Source of the DNA: the human T2T-CHM13v2.0 reference genome, Homo sapiens
Assembly (NCBI RefSeq): GCF_009914755.1
Contig: NC_060932.1
Length of the DNA stretch: 64,000 bases
Reading direction: 5' to 3' (one strand)
Position numbers and translations under genes: made by a program. The notes under the pieces were generated by a model that searched no databases, was not told where the DNA came from, and worked only from the letters and a program-made list of their open reading frames with translations. Shown one piece after another: positions 50,702 through 63,945 of the stretch (its first letter is position 1; the number at the start of each line of letters is the position of its first letter).

Positions 50702-50870
50702 GGCAACGCCCCACCGCGGAGGAAAAAAAAGCCTCGGGCTCTTCCGGGCCCCCTCCCGTGCCGACCGAGGGGGCGGGGCGCCCTGCTGACGCTTCGCTTT
50801 TTATTTTTATTTTTTTAAGAAAAGAGCCGGCGAGGTTATGGCGAATCTGCGGCATCCAACATGGCGGATG
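50702..50870 (-). other. ZFAT: ZFAT exon 1 5'UTR (TSS approximate) with two upstream ATGs
   Basis: Lies between the YY1 motif, which typically sits just downstream of a TSS, and the start codon. uATGs at 50862 and 50855. Confidence 0.6.
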
Positions 50871-53822
50871 GAGTCTTCGCCCTCCTCCCCACGGGGCGCA
50901 GACGCCTGCGTAGCGGACGTCCGCTTCGGGTGACCCTCCCCCGGCGCCGAGCGCGGCCCGGCAGGGCCGAGCTAACGCGCATGCTCGCAGTCGGAGGCCG
51001 TGCTTTTTATCCCACTTCACGGATTCCGCTGCGCCGCGTTTTGAGCCACGCCCAGGGAGGGGCCCTCGGGAGGTCCGGAGCGCGGATCTCGGGGTCAGGA
51101 GTCTGGCGGTTGTGCCAGGCCTCTGCTAGCGCGACCCTAGACCCGCGGCATGTGGGGCCGCCGAGCTGGGCGTGCAAGGAGAGTTCTGGGTGCGCTTCGT
51201 GTCCCAGCTCTACCTCTCACTACCTAACTTGGGGCAGCGAATTAACTTTTCTTGCTCTCAGTTTACTGATGTGTCCATCGGGGTGCTCCCAACCTGCATC
51301 CCGCTCAAAGCTGCGGCGTTTCCCGAAGCGTGGGGTGCTTTCCTTTGGGCCACCCGGCTGGGTTTTAGGGGCTACAGAGCACTGAGCGGCCTAGGATCAC
51401 ACGTGACAAGGCGACTTCCTCCTCTCTCGTCTCTTTTTGTCCCACAACAAGTCTGCACTGGATGTGCGCGCCTCCAACACCCGCTCATTCATTTCTCTGC
51501 TTGTGGCACAGCCTTCGGCAGGCAGCTGAGTCTGGTGGAAATTTAATGACTTTGTTTTTGGTTTTGATGTTAAGGTGTTTAGCTCCAACACTGTAGTCCT
51601 CGGCTCAAATGATATCTTCCAGCCCCTAACCCTCACCCCCCGAAACCCATCTAAAGTAACCCTCCAAGACACTTCATATTTTCTACGTAGCATCCATTCC
51701 TATCTGTCATTATCTCCCTCCCTTACCTCTGTCTTGGTCACCCCGTTAGCCTCAGAAACAAACTGAGCCTGACAGTTATTTATTTCATGAGTAATGAGTT
51801 GATGTGGTCCATGTTCTAAGGTCATTTTCTGTTCATGACAAATAACGTTTTTCACTTACAGTAGTCATATAAAGTTTTCTTTTTAAATTGTTCGTTTACA
51901 TTTTCAAAAATCAGTCAACTTAAAATGGTGTACATGCTGCAAAGACATGCCCCCCCCCCCCCCAAAAAAAAAAAGTGTAAAAGCAGACTTCAGGAGACTG
52001 AAGTTTGGGAAACTGATTTGTGTTCATGGTTCCCCTGAAATGCTAGTCTTTGCCTGTTCTTCTTTTCCTGGAATAACCCTCTTTGGTTGCTGCTCAACAT
52101 GAAATTCTCGGACAGCCCTGAAGCTCACACTTCACGTTCCCACAGCTCTGGTCTCACTGGCCTAGCTCCATCCCCCACTTCTCTGTTTGCACAGCGTTCA
52201 TCCTCACTAGACTGAGCTTCCTGAGCAGCCCTTATAGGTCCTTTTCATCTTGTTTTCTCAGCGCCTGTTGCATAGTCATATTACTGAATGAACACTTCGT
52301 TCTGGGGTCACTTATTTTTTAGGAGGAAAACTCCCTTGGGCATTGAGCTTCAGGATGACTCATCTGATTTCTCAGGAGACTGCCCACCTGCTCCTTAACC
52401 CTGTTCTTGGGAAATACGGAACCATGAAAAGACCCTAAAGTTGTCCAGTCTGTTAAATATATGCTCACAGATATAGCCTCCCCCTTCTTCATTTCATCCT
52501 CGCAATCTGGAAGGTTAAGTTGGGCAATATGATTATTGTCCTTTTCCAGATGAGAAAATGGAATGTTCAGAGTGGTCAAATGGCTTTCTGAGATTACACA
52601 GCAAAATAGTGAAGAGCCAGGTGTGGATCTCGCCTCTCCATGCCCAGTGTTCCTCTCCCCACCACATCTAAAATGTACCCAAACTGCCCCCCAGGCCTCC
52701 AGGAGAGCCTCCAAGAGAGCCAGTTCCAAGACAGCCACAGAGTCGCTTCACAGCCACCACGTCCTCCACCACAAGATACATGGCTAGGTGGGGCCCATCA
52801 GAATCTTTATTTGGAAATGAACTGCTCAAAAAGCTGCATTGATGAGCGTTTCCTTTTAGAACTATAAATATTTACAATAATCATTATTTTGCTGTGAATC
52901 GATTTCTGTCAGGAAATTAGAGTTGTTCTGGGTTGCTGACAGTATTGGTTTTGTGCCGGTTTGCCTTTCTCACAGCAGCGTTTAAATGTTGTTTATTGAT
53001 TAGCAGATGGATTGCTCCTAGATGTTGTGACCAAACGAATTTTGGAAATGAAACAATTTAAAATTTGTCTCAAAACCCAATTACCTCAGACTGCTGAAGA
53101 CAAATTAAAAGAAGAAATTGTGGACTGTGGATGATGGTTCTGGGTTAATTATTTGGAAAGCTATGATTTTCTCCACTATTCCCATGGCATTTTCTTCCTC
53201 CTACCCATTCATCATTCAGAGAAGAGTTACTGAGCACCTATTATTACTGGAAACTGTCCTGGCCATAGGCAGATGGAAATGACTAAGAGATGGCCCCTTT
53301 CTGTGGGGGAATCCAGGTTCGTAAATGGAGAGATGAGTCCACAGCTGGCTCTTCCACGGCCTTACTATGTGATTTGCACATTTTCAATCAGCAAACATCT
53401 CTATTCTTTCTATTTGCCAGTAATATTTCAGAATGCCTTCAATTAATGAAGACACATTTGTGGAATTGGATGTAAATCACTCGAAAGTATATAATTAATG
53501 GCAAGCTGCCTCGGTGATGGTTCCTAGAAGAGAGCGGCTTCCCAGCTGACCACTGGTGGCAGTTGGCCTCTTGAAGCTAGTATGTGAATTAATTTGTGTC
53601 AATAAATTTATCGACATGAAATGGTATTTAGTTATATAAGAAATATAATTTGCACAACTGAATATATTCGTGTCAATAATTTTATCATTATATCCAATAT
53701 CTTTATGAGAAATAGACATTTACATGAAAACAATAATTTAGGAACATAATTTCACAGGATGCTTTCTTGAAAGAAGGTTTTGATAAAGGATACATACAGG
53801 CGACCTCAAAATAATGGATCTT

Positions 53823-53980
53823 GGCTGGGCATGGTGGCTCATGCCTGTAATCCTAACACTATGGGAGGCCAAGGCTGGAGGATTGCTTGAGCCCAGGAGC
53901 TCAAGGCTGCAATAAGCTGTGATCATGCCACTGCACTCCTCCAACCTGGGCAGCAACAAAGCAAGACCCTGTCCCTAAAA
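53823..53980 (+). mobile_element. Alu monomer (FAM/FLAM-like)
   Basis: Single-arm Alu ggctgggcatggtggctc...gcaagaccctgtcc. Confidence 0.8.
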
Positions 53981-53988
53981 TTTATTTT

Positions 53989-54076
53989 TATATATATATA
54001 TATATGTATATATGCACACACACACACATATATATATATATATGCATATGTATGCACACACACATATATATCTATA
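53989..54076. repeat. Compound (TA)n/(CA)n microsatellite
   Basis: tatatatatatatatatgtatatatgcacacacacacacatatatatatata... Confidence 0.9.
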
Positions 54077-55310
54077 AAATGATAAAATCAGAGGTGGGAA
54101 TAATCAGTTTGGGTTAACAATTAAAAATCTAAATAGGCACATTGTAGAAAATAATCCACTTTAAAATCATATAAAAGAGAAGGATGTAGTAATGCTAGAA
54201 CTATATGAGCAATCTCACTATGAACATAATTACAAGATTAGGAAACAGCATCTTTTCCACCTGTCTTTCCAGTGGCCATGGAGTGCCATCACATCCCCGG
54301 TCTGCCTGTGCACACCTGTGTGTACTCTCAGTACCCAAGTATTAATCTCCGGAGTGGTTTTCATTAGCAGTAGCCAGGGCCCCTTCAAAGAAGCTAATTC
54401 CATGTGTGGGAGTAAGGGAACATCAGAATGGCCTGAAACATATTGCTATTCTCAGAAAACCAGGTTCCTTCCAAAAATGCTGGGTTAGTGCTGAAAGGAC
54501 AAAGGAAGAGGCAGTGACAATTTGCATATCACAACAACTGTAGATCTATGGTTGTTGATCTACAAGTTGAGCCATGAGGCTTTACTGATAAAAAGTTAAC
54601 ATTGTATATGCAAAAATAGACATATAACTGTGTAATTACAAAACTAGTTACAATTCAAAGAAAGGGTCAAAATAGGATATTTTAGTAAAGAGACAGGTTT
54701 GGTAGATATGGGGTCCTATTTCTTACTTGAAGTTCTGTATGTCTGTTTATGAAATGGTATATTTGTGTAAGTTTCGAGGGGCAGATAAGTTTACTAAGAG
54801 TAAGTCAAAGACTTCCAGAAGACTAGGAACCATGCCAAAACCAGGAAGGGCAGGTCAGGACCAGTGGTCTCATAAATAACCAGCTAAAAGGGGGGTTCAA
54901 TAATTTATGTTGGAAGTTAATGGATTAGCCAGATGTCCTAAGGGAGTAGCTGATAGATTAAACTGCTATATGGCCCTGCTAATGTTAATGAAATGCTAAT
55001 GATGCATAATGAAGGTCATTGTAAACTGTGGCAGAACATCATGGACCCAAGACTTCATGCACATGGGAGTGAAGATTGCAAGAACTTGCTGTAAGTCCTC
55101 TTGACTTAATAGTTGAAAATGGTCTGAGGGAGCCCCCACCAGCAAATGCCTGCTGCCACCAAGAACCCACCAGTCCAGGCCCAAGGCTGCCACTCAGTGC
55201 ACCTGGGAAGGAGATCATCTTTCTCTCTGTGGTCCAATAAGGGCAGTCCTGAAAAAGTATAAAAATATGTTTTGTAGAGATGACAAAGAAATTGGTCAAG
55301 TCAATAACAA

Positions 55311-55313
<3 letters not shown>

Positions 55314-55349
<36 letters not shown>

Positions 55350-55840
55350 AGACGGAGTCTCACTCTGTCGCCCAGGCTGGAGTGCAGTTGTGCCATCTCG
55401 GCTCACTGCAAGCTCTGCCTCCTGGGTTCATGCCATTCTCCTGCTCAGCCTTCCGAGTAGCTGGGACTACAGGCGCCCACCACCACACCCGGCTAATTTT
55501 TTTTTTGTATTTTTAGTAGAGACGGGGTTTCACCATGTTAGCCAGGATGGTCTCCATCTCCTGACCTCGTGATCCGCCTCTGTCACCCAGGCCAGAGTGC
55601 AGTGGTGAGATCTCAACCCACTGCAACCTCCGCCTCCAGGATTCAGGCCTCCTGCCTCAGACTCTCAAGTAATTGGGATTACAAGCGCTTGCCACCATGC
55701 CCAGCCAATTTTTGTATTTTTAGTAGAGAAGGAGTTTTACCATGTTGGCCAGGCTGGTCTTGAACTCCTGACCTCAAGTGATCTGCCCACCTCAGCCTCC
55801 CAAAGTGTTGGGATTACAGGCATGAGCCTCCATGTCCAGT
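55314..55840 (-). mobile_element. Fused pair of Alus (AluY + AluS)
   Basis: ~35-nt T run, AluY to ~55580, then an AluS lacking its tail. aataacaact flanks at 55303-55312 and 55843-55852. Confidence 0.88.
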
Positions 55841-56063
55841 GTAATAACAACTGTTTTTACAAAGTTAAGGTATGGGTGCAGTAGGTTTAGGTATGGTGCA
55901 GTAAAAACTTTTGTGTTAAATTTTAAGGTATTTGAAGCATTTCGAAGTTACATTCGACAGTTACATTGAAACAAGATAATTTGACTGTGTAAATGTTTAG
56001 GAAAATTTTATTTTGAAAGTTTTAAGTTTTGATTTATCAGTTGTATTTAAATCGTTTAGGAAA

Positions 56064-56354
<291 letters not shown>

Positions 56355-57731
56355 TAGTTTAGGAAAAGGGTGACTATATTTATAACCAATTTTCTTTAAA
56401 TCAACTATGAATAAGAGTAACAGGGCCATGAAAAAAGGGGCAGGGAGTGGGATTTGGATCCCAGCAACGAAACGGAAAACCAGGAGAGCTACCAGAGCCT
56501 AGCACTGTTGGGTGCACAGCTGGGACCCAATAAACCGTTGTTGAAGAAAAGGATAAGGGGTAGAGGGAGGGAAAGATGCAGTAAGGGATTGAGGAAAAGG
56601 AATAATACGTAATTAAGCATTTATTTGTAGCTGTCACATAAACAGCACTGCTTTGGATGTTCAGAAGAGAGAATAACTATTTCAAATAAAGGATGGCATC
56701 TGGTGTCCACGACTAGAGGGCTGGTTAAACGGATAGTTCAGCCATACAGGGAAATATGACGTGGCAGTTTGAAAGAATGAGAGTGCCACGTGCAGAGACC
56801 CGGGGTGTGCTCTGCAGTGCATCCTTGAGTGAAAAGAGCCAGGTGCAGGACAGCATCGGGAGCACACTGTCGCTTGTGAACACGGTTGTACCTGCACAGA
56901 AAAGCTGAAAATGTGGAAAGAAACCGGCTAGAGCAGACAGCTTTGGAGACAATGTCTGGGCCTGGAGATCTGGCTCACAGGGAGACTGACTTCACTGAAC
57001 ATCCTTTTGAAATATTGGGATGTTTAACCATATGCATATACTGCCTTTTCAGAGAAGAAGGGGGAGGATTTGGAAGCCCAATCTCCAGGTCTGGTCCTCC
57101 TTTTATTACTCAGTAGCTTTGACTTTGGACAACTTACTTATCTGCAATGTGCTTCCCTTCTCTGGGCAATGAAGGTGTTGAGCCCCACATCAGGGGTTGG
57201 TGGAAGGGAAATGAGACAAGAAAATGCAGTTGAGTGCCACGGGTGGGGGCGAATCAAGTGGTTTCAGCCCCTTTGGGGACCAAAGAAGCCCAGCAGCAGC
57301 AGCAGCGAGGGTGAGAGCCAACATACAGGGTGCTGTTTGATTTAAGGGCTGCCGCCAGCTCGCTGCAGAACTCGAAAAAGTGACCTTAAAGTCTCTGGAT
57401 TTCAGTTCTTTCATCTGTAAAAGGGCACTGGTGGGGAGTGGCAATGACACTAGATGGTTCACTTCAGCTAAAAACAGACATAAAACATGATTTTAATATT
57501 GGTTGGAAATGACTCAGTGCAGTAACAGAGGCAGAAAAAAAGCCCCCAAGGGAGTTTGCAGCACAGAACCATCGCTTCCAGCTGTGAATGTGCAGAGGGG
57601 AAGAGGACGTTGCAGAAAGGAGAAACTGGTGGTCTCTTTACCTAAATCACCCAGACCCTGGTGCCAGGCAAATGTTCACTCTTTCAGCCGTTTTTGGAAA
57701 GGCCAACAGAAAGGAGAGGTACCTAGACAGT

Positions 57732-58185
57732 CTGTACAATGGTGGCCCCCAATGAACTATGCCTCCTTGTAATCATGTCCTAGTGTAATCCCCTCTGACA
57801 CTGACTTTGGGATTGACCATGTGACTTGCTTTCGCCATGGAACACAAACAGCACAAGCACAAACTTGATAAGCACTTGGACACTGGGTCTTTGGAACGCC
57901 GCCTCTGGAAGCCAGCATCCATGCTGTAAGGAAGCTCAAGCTAAACTACCAGATGATGAGAGGACATGGAGAGAAAACCCAGAGGACAGGAGTCCTCATG
58001 GACATTCAATCTTAGCTGTTCCCCAGCCAATGCAGCCACATGGGTGACCTCGGCAACCCTGCACTGTGCAAAAGAACTACCCAGCTGAACCAGTCAACCC
58101 ATAGGATTGCAAAACATGATAACCAGTTGTTGATTTAAGCCACTAAGTGTGGGAGTAGTTTTTTGGGCAGCAAAAGATAACTTAG
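57732..58185 (+). mobile_element. MaLR LTR (MLT1H-like)
   Basis: gaccatgtgacttgcttt, ccatgctgtaaggaagctcaag, tttaagccactaagtgtggg...agcaaaagataac. Confidence 0.75.
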
Positions 58186-60614
58186 TATTGTGGGAAGCTA
58201 AAATTTCAGTTTCAGGGAGGGTTTTGAGAGTTGATGAGTCCATTTGGGGGAAGGATGTAGTCTTAAGCTTACTTCCCCAGAAGCAAAAGGGGAATGAGAT
58301 AAACAGACCTTTGGCTGGACTCCAAGAGTCTTTCAACCAAAGAAAGTTTACTGAAGAAAAAAAGAGAAACTTGGCCGAGATCTGAAGTGTGATGAGAATT
58401 TGGAACACGGAAGACAAGCCAGGAGGCCCTTCTGAAAGTAGGAAGCCACAGAAGCAAACGGTGCCAAGGAGGACGATCCAGGGCGGGCCTGGCCGCAAGA
58501 GGGCACCTTGCAGAAAGCACCGCAGTTGGCAGTAAGCAGGCATTTTCCAGAAGAATCCCGAAGGCAAATACTCTGTTCTGCTCTCAGTTAACCTGTGCTA
58601 CTGTCAGACCACATACACTGTAGAGTTCAGAGGTAGCTGCTATGGGAGTGAATCTTCTTGCTGCTGCCAAAGTGAGTAAAAATCAAACGGAATAAAATAA
58701 TAATGGTGGTATGGGCCCAGTCTTCTAGAGTTTTCCATGCCCTTCATTTCACATAGCCTTCACACCATCCTGTAGGGTCGGGAGGGCATGAATAAGAAGC
58801 CTCCTCCCAAAGATGAAAGAACAGAGAACAAAAGGGGCTGAGGGACTTTTGTGAGACCACGCGGCAAGCTGGGGCCTGGAAACATGAGCTCATCCATCCC
58901 GGCCTTTCTGCTGTGGCTCTATCATCCACTTGTCCAGGGAGGGTGCCAGCCCTACGTGTGTTTAGTGAGAAGTGTGGGGTGAGAGCAACCACAGGAAAGA
59001 AAGCCCCGTTGTGACAACGTTGTGCCCTGAGCTGCCTGGCCCACTCATTCCACTGGCCTGTGTTCTACCCAGGACGGGCCGCATGTCCCAGGGTTTCTGC
59101 TGAGCAACCAGTCAGCGTGCTGCTGAGCACCCGGGCCCGATGTGAAATGGTCAGCTCCTTTCCTTCTACCAGTGCCAACTGCTGCACCTGCCAGCCTCTG
59201 CCTAGCCTCCACCACTGATGCTGCTGTAAGAGGAAGAAGATTCCTGTCTTAACAGAATTCTCATGCATGCCTTTCAAACCGAGGAGCTCACAGGCTGACG
59301 GAAGAGGATGACAGGGAGTGGAGGCAGCTGCACTCGGGTGTTTATAGTGCACATACATGATTCATCTCAAACCAGACAAGCCATGCTGCACCCGACGGCT
59401 CGCCATTTCTCAGAGATGCCAAGCCTTCTTACAACTCTGAGCCTCTGCATGTGTCTAGAACATTTTACCCATATTTCTCTACCTGCTGGACTCCTTTCCA
59501 TCCTTCAAAACTCAGACCAAATGTCCTTGCTCTGTGAAACCCTCCTTCTTCCCAGGCAAGTTAATGGCTCCCATCGCCCCTTTCCATGATTCTTACATAT
59601 TGTACCATATCTTGTAACATACTTGACTTCTCTCTTGAACAGGGGACTCCTGCAGGCCAGCAGCAGGGACGGACTCACCTCCCTGTGCCCTCTCCCAGCA
59701 GATGACCTCAGCCCTCACAGTTGAAGAAGTTGGTAAGAAACTGACAATTTGGTGTAGGAAAATTTAAAAAACTGTCAGCAAGTTCACTGAATAACATTTG
59801 GAGGACTTCATTATGAAAAAGGGATCAGGCCATTCATTCATTCCTTAAGCATTTATGGCGTGCCCACCAGGTGCCCAAAGTGTGCTCCAAAGAGGCACAG
59901 GTGAGGCCACAGGATCTGTCCTCAGATCCGGATTTCACAGCCCAGTGGAGGAAGTGATGTCTAACAAGGTGAGTGTCATACAGCACACCACTCACGGGAG
60001 AAAAAAAGCTCTGGAGCAATGGCAACGGGACAGAGCCCACCCGAGGAGATGGGAAGATGTGGGAGGCACACCTCAGAGGGGTGGAGAGTCCCTGGGAACT
60101 GTGCTTCAGGCAGAAGGGACAGCCTAGGCGAGAAATAGCATGCCAGGCACAGGGGAATTTTATCATAAGGGGAGGCAAGAGTATAAGAAAACCGGGTTTG
60201 CCCTATCACATTCAAGGGTGGCTCTCTTGGCCAGCATCATTCAGGTGGCTGTTTTGAGTTGTTCCCGGCAGCCTCCACCAAAGACAAAAGAGGACTGTGT
60301 ACAAGCTCTTACCTGGCCAGGCCCTCGTGACTGGCAGCTTACATTGCCAAGACAGCTGCTTGGATCATGAGATGTAGCACAGCTGGTCCAAAAGGCAAAT
60401 AAGAAACGATCCGTGGTGTCACCTCAAGTGTCTCAAAATCATTGAAGCACATGCTGAGAGCCCACCTCTCACTTTGCAGATGAGGAAGCAGAGGAGGGGA
60501 GGGAGTTGTCTAAGGTCACACCACAGGATAAGCATTGAGTGACAGGGCAGGAATCAGGCACCTGGAGATGGAGCTGCAAAGGACACTGTCCTCGACCTTG
60601 AGGGGCTTACAACG

Positions 60615-60991
60615 TGTTATTGACTGAACTGTGCCCCCCTTAACTCGTATGTTGAAATCCTGACCCCCAATACTTCCAAATGTGACTGCATTTGGAGAAA
60701 GGGCCTTTAAAGAGGTTATTAAGGTAAAGGGAGGTCATGAGTGGACTCTAATCCAACATGGCCAGGGTCATATTCCAAAAGTGGAAATTAGGACAGAGAC
60801 ACACAGAAGACACAGAGAAAAGGTGGCCATCTACGAGCCACCTTCTACAAGAGAGGCCTCAGAATGAACCCAACCCTGCTGACACCTTGATCTTGGACTT
60901 CTAGCCACCAGAATGGTGAGGACATAAATTCCTGTTGCTTAAGCCACCCAGTCTGCGGTATTCGTTACAGCAGTCACAGAAAAATAGTACA
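60615..60991 (+). mobile_element. MaLR LTR (MLT1B-like)
   Basis: tatgttgaaatcctgaccccc, ccctgctgacaccttgatcttggacttctagcc, taagccacccagtctgcggtatt. Confidence 0.85.
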
Positions 60992-63113
60992 CAGGCCTTG
61001 AGAAACAGACGTGAACACTGCTCCAATCCCTGGAGTAACAGGGATTCCTGTGAGCTGCCTGACTGCAGGCAGCACTGTCAGCATCCCCATCCCCCAGGAT
61101 CGCCTGGGACCTCCCTCTTATCACATCGCTCCACCTCAGCTCCTTGGCAGCCAGGCCTCCAGCGGGAGGCAGAGGGCATCCTCAAGCTGGGCAATTGGAG
61201 GAGCATTTAATGAAGGGGCTCTTTACAAAGGTGTGGGCAGGGTTTTGGGAGGTCAGAGAGGAATGATGCAGCCCTTCTGCAACCTCGCCTCACCCCAGGC
61301 CTGCAGGCATGCGGAGGGAGTGCCCGCTGGAACCCAGGGCCAGGACAGGGCCTGTGCAGAGGAGTCCACCTTCAGCAAGACGGACCACCAATACTCTGCG
61401 ACTTAGAGAAGGAGACTGAGGAATAAATGCCCAGACCGTACTCCGCTCCTGCCCTCCTGGTTTCCTGCCAGAGTCTCCCCTTGTCTGAAGCCAACCTGAA
61501 GACACCCCTTGAGGACCCCTTCACTGTACTGGGACCATGGGGGGCTGAGCCTCTGGGATCAGTCACCTCCCTAACCTCCTGCATGAGGAACAACTTGACG
61601 AACACACATTTCAACCTGTAACAGGGTGGACAAGCAGAACCCTTCTTCAGAAGCACATTTATGAAGTTCCCGCAGTAACTGGCTCAGAGAGAAATGCTGC
61701 TGTAACAGCTGAGAGAAAACTGATAACCCTGAAAATAAAGTGTCCATGGAAATCTCATATATTGCCTATTGTTTAAAAACAATGTCTCACATAAAAGAGG
61801 TGATGGATTAGTTTCTTTCATTATGCTGCCTCAAGCTATCTACGTGGACAAAAACCTACGCAGCTGCTTTTACACTTTAGAGCTAGACTTGATTCACTTC
61901 CATTCTTAGGAGTCAGGGGTGGCATTTGGTGGGCATCTCTTGATGCAGAATCTTATGCCAGTTTCTATAAGCAGGCTCAGGTGCCATCTGCATAGGAACT
62001 CCAGAGGGTGGACATGTAAAGAAACTTTGGGACTGTGCATTGGTCACCATCTTGGAGGGTGATGGCAGCTGCCCTGTAAATTATTGGGTAGGCATCTTGA
62101 GAGGCAGGGAGATGCAGTGAGCTCCAAGCCCAGTCAAGGCATAGCAGAAGGAAGGACAATGGAACACAGGTGACCCAGGGTGACATTTGTCAATAGATAC
62201 AGCATGGACACTGGCTAATCAGAAAGAACGCATGCCCCTGATGTGCCAGGGGTTACTCCTTTAATTTTAGAAGCTGAGAAAGAAGGTCCTAGGAGTTTGG
62301 GGCCAGTGGGCTATACTGCCAAGAGTATGGGGACACAGGGCCAGGGCTTAAAGAGGTGCTATTTACTAAATCACTAAATAGGGAAAGATTTCGTTAGTAT
62401 AATAACCACCATGGCCATAACTCATGTATATGGGTTGAACAGCAGCCCTGCTGGTAGGTGGCCAACTGGTCTCGGGTGGTCTGGGCCTTTCCTGGTTTCG
62501 TCACTTAAAGTCCCAGAACCTCTTTAGCCTGCCCTGGGTATCATTCTATCAGTTACGTTACCTGCCAGTCAAGTTACACAGTGCAGGCTAGAAGCTCTCA
62601 AAGGGGAGCTGTCTATAGCAAGGGGGAGAAACTCGCCTCCCTTCCCCTTACAGAGTCAAGATTACCATGGGCTGTGGGGGAATTCACCCCACACTCCCCA
62701 GTTAAAGCGCTTCTCCCTTTGCGAACTAAAGTCCAAGCAGTTCTCACCCATGGAAGTCCTTGGCAACCAAGCTCACCTCTCCACCTGTGCTCTCCACCGC
62801 AAGCTCAGTTGCAGTTGCACCTCTGCAGGTTCTTTAAAGCCCCTCCCTGGGGCCTTGCTTGAGAAAACAGCCCCCCATCTGCTCCTACCCCTGCTCCTCT
62901 TTGCAGATCTCCCTCCAGCTCTCTGGGCTGGAGGTAACCTCCACAGAGAAGGCTTCCCCAACCCTGCAGATTAAGGCTACCATCCTTCCTGCCCGTTTCC
63001 TGGGCACACTGTACCGCCCCATCCCACATATCGTTATGGCTCGTTTAACTACTTTCTCCCTCAGAACTGTAAGCTGCCTCAGGGCACAAGTTCAAGCGCC
63101 TGGCAAAGAGTGG

Positions 63114-63531
63114 TGTATTAGTCTGATCTCAGACGGCTTTCAAGAAATATCTGAGACTCGGCCATTTATAAAGAGGATGAATTGGCTCATGGTTCCACAG
63201 GCTGTTCAGGAAGCATAGCACTGGCATCTGCTCAGCTTCTGGGGAAGCCTCAGGAAACTTACAATCATGGCAGGAGATGAAGGGGGAATGGGCACATATT
63301 ACATGGCCAGCGTAGGAGCAAGAGAGGGACGGGGAGAGGTGCTACACGCTTTTCTACAGCCAGATCTCATGAGAACTCTATCACAAGAACAGCAGCAAAG
63401 GTATGGTGCCAAACCATTCACAAAGGATCCACCGCCACGATCTAATCACCTCCCATCAGGTCCCACCCTCAACACTGGCGATTACAATTCAACGTGAGAT
63501 TTGGATGGGGACACAGAGCCAAACTGTATCA
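63114..63531 (-). mobile_element. Solo MaLR LTR (MSTA-like), same orientation as ZFAT
   Basis: tgtattagtc...ggaagcctcaggaaacttacaatcatggca...gggacacagagccaaactgtatca with 5-bp TSD agtgg (63109-63113 and 63532-63536). Confidence 0.9.
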
Positions 63532-63754
63532 AGTGGGCCTCCCATACATATTGAATGAACGAAGCAACTAGATAGGAGTTAAAGAAAGTGGCATGGGCAA
63601 ACCAGAGCCCTTTTTGGTAAGTTAATTAAGTCATTGGTCCTATGCACCTATAAACAGGAAAAGCTCTGCCTTCAGCTCACCACTGTGAAGCCAGGCTGGG
63701 TTGGGAAAGAAGCAGAGAGCCAGGACTCAGTAATTACCGTGTGGCGGTCAACTG

Positions 63755-63945
63755 TTCATTAATCCGTTCAATTCATTCATTCATTCTATCAATGAATTAA
63801 TTAGTGGACTTATTCCATTAACTTATTCCATTAATTCATTCTTCTCCTTTAAGACCCATGTTGTGCCAGGCACTGCCTAGGCTCTGTGGGTACAATGTGA
63901 GTGAAACAGACAAGAGTCCTCCTTTCATGGGGTCTGGAATTGTTA
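63755..63945 (-). mobile_element. L2 3' fragment with (TTCA)n
   Basis: ttcattcattcattc...tgtgccaggcactg..ctaggctctg. Confidence 0.6.

Larger units (their letters stand above)
50240..51480. promoter_or_regulatory. ZFAT: CpG island, main ZFAT promoter
   Basis: Very high CpG density. GC box gggggcggggc (50769-50779), YY1 ccgccatgtt (minus, 50858-50867), NRF1-like gcgcatgc (~50430, ~50977), RFX X-boxes (50410-50423, 50694-50707). Confidence 0.92.

Noticed and set aside
50163-51385. Several 100-237-aa ORFs over the CpG island
   Set aside because: Expected from stop-codon depletion in very GC-rich DNA; Pro/Arg/Ala-rich with no homology that I recognise.
51950-51974. C14-A11 homopolymer pair
   Set aside because: Simple slippage tract in an apparently old repeat; no supporting structure.
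52870-53170. AT-rich unique stretch that looks like a conserved non-coding element (similar at ~2420-2830 and ~25000-25400)
   Set aside because: Conservation cannot be judged from one sequence; no ORF, hairpin or splice structure that I can support.
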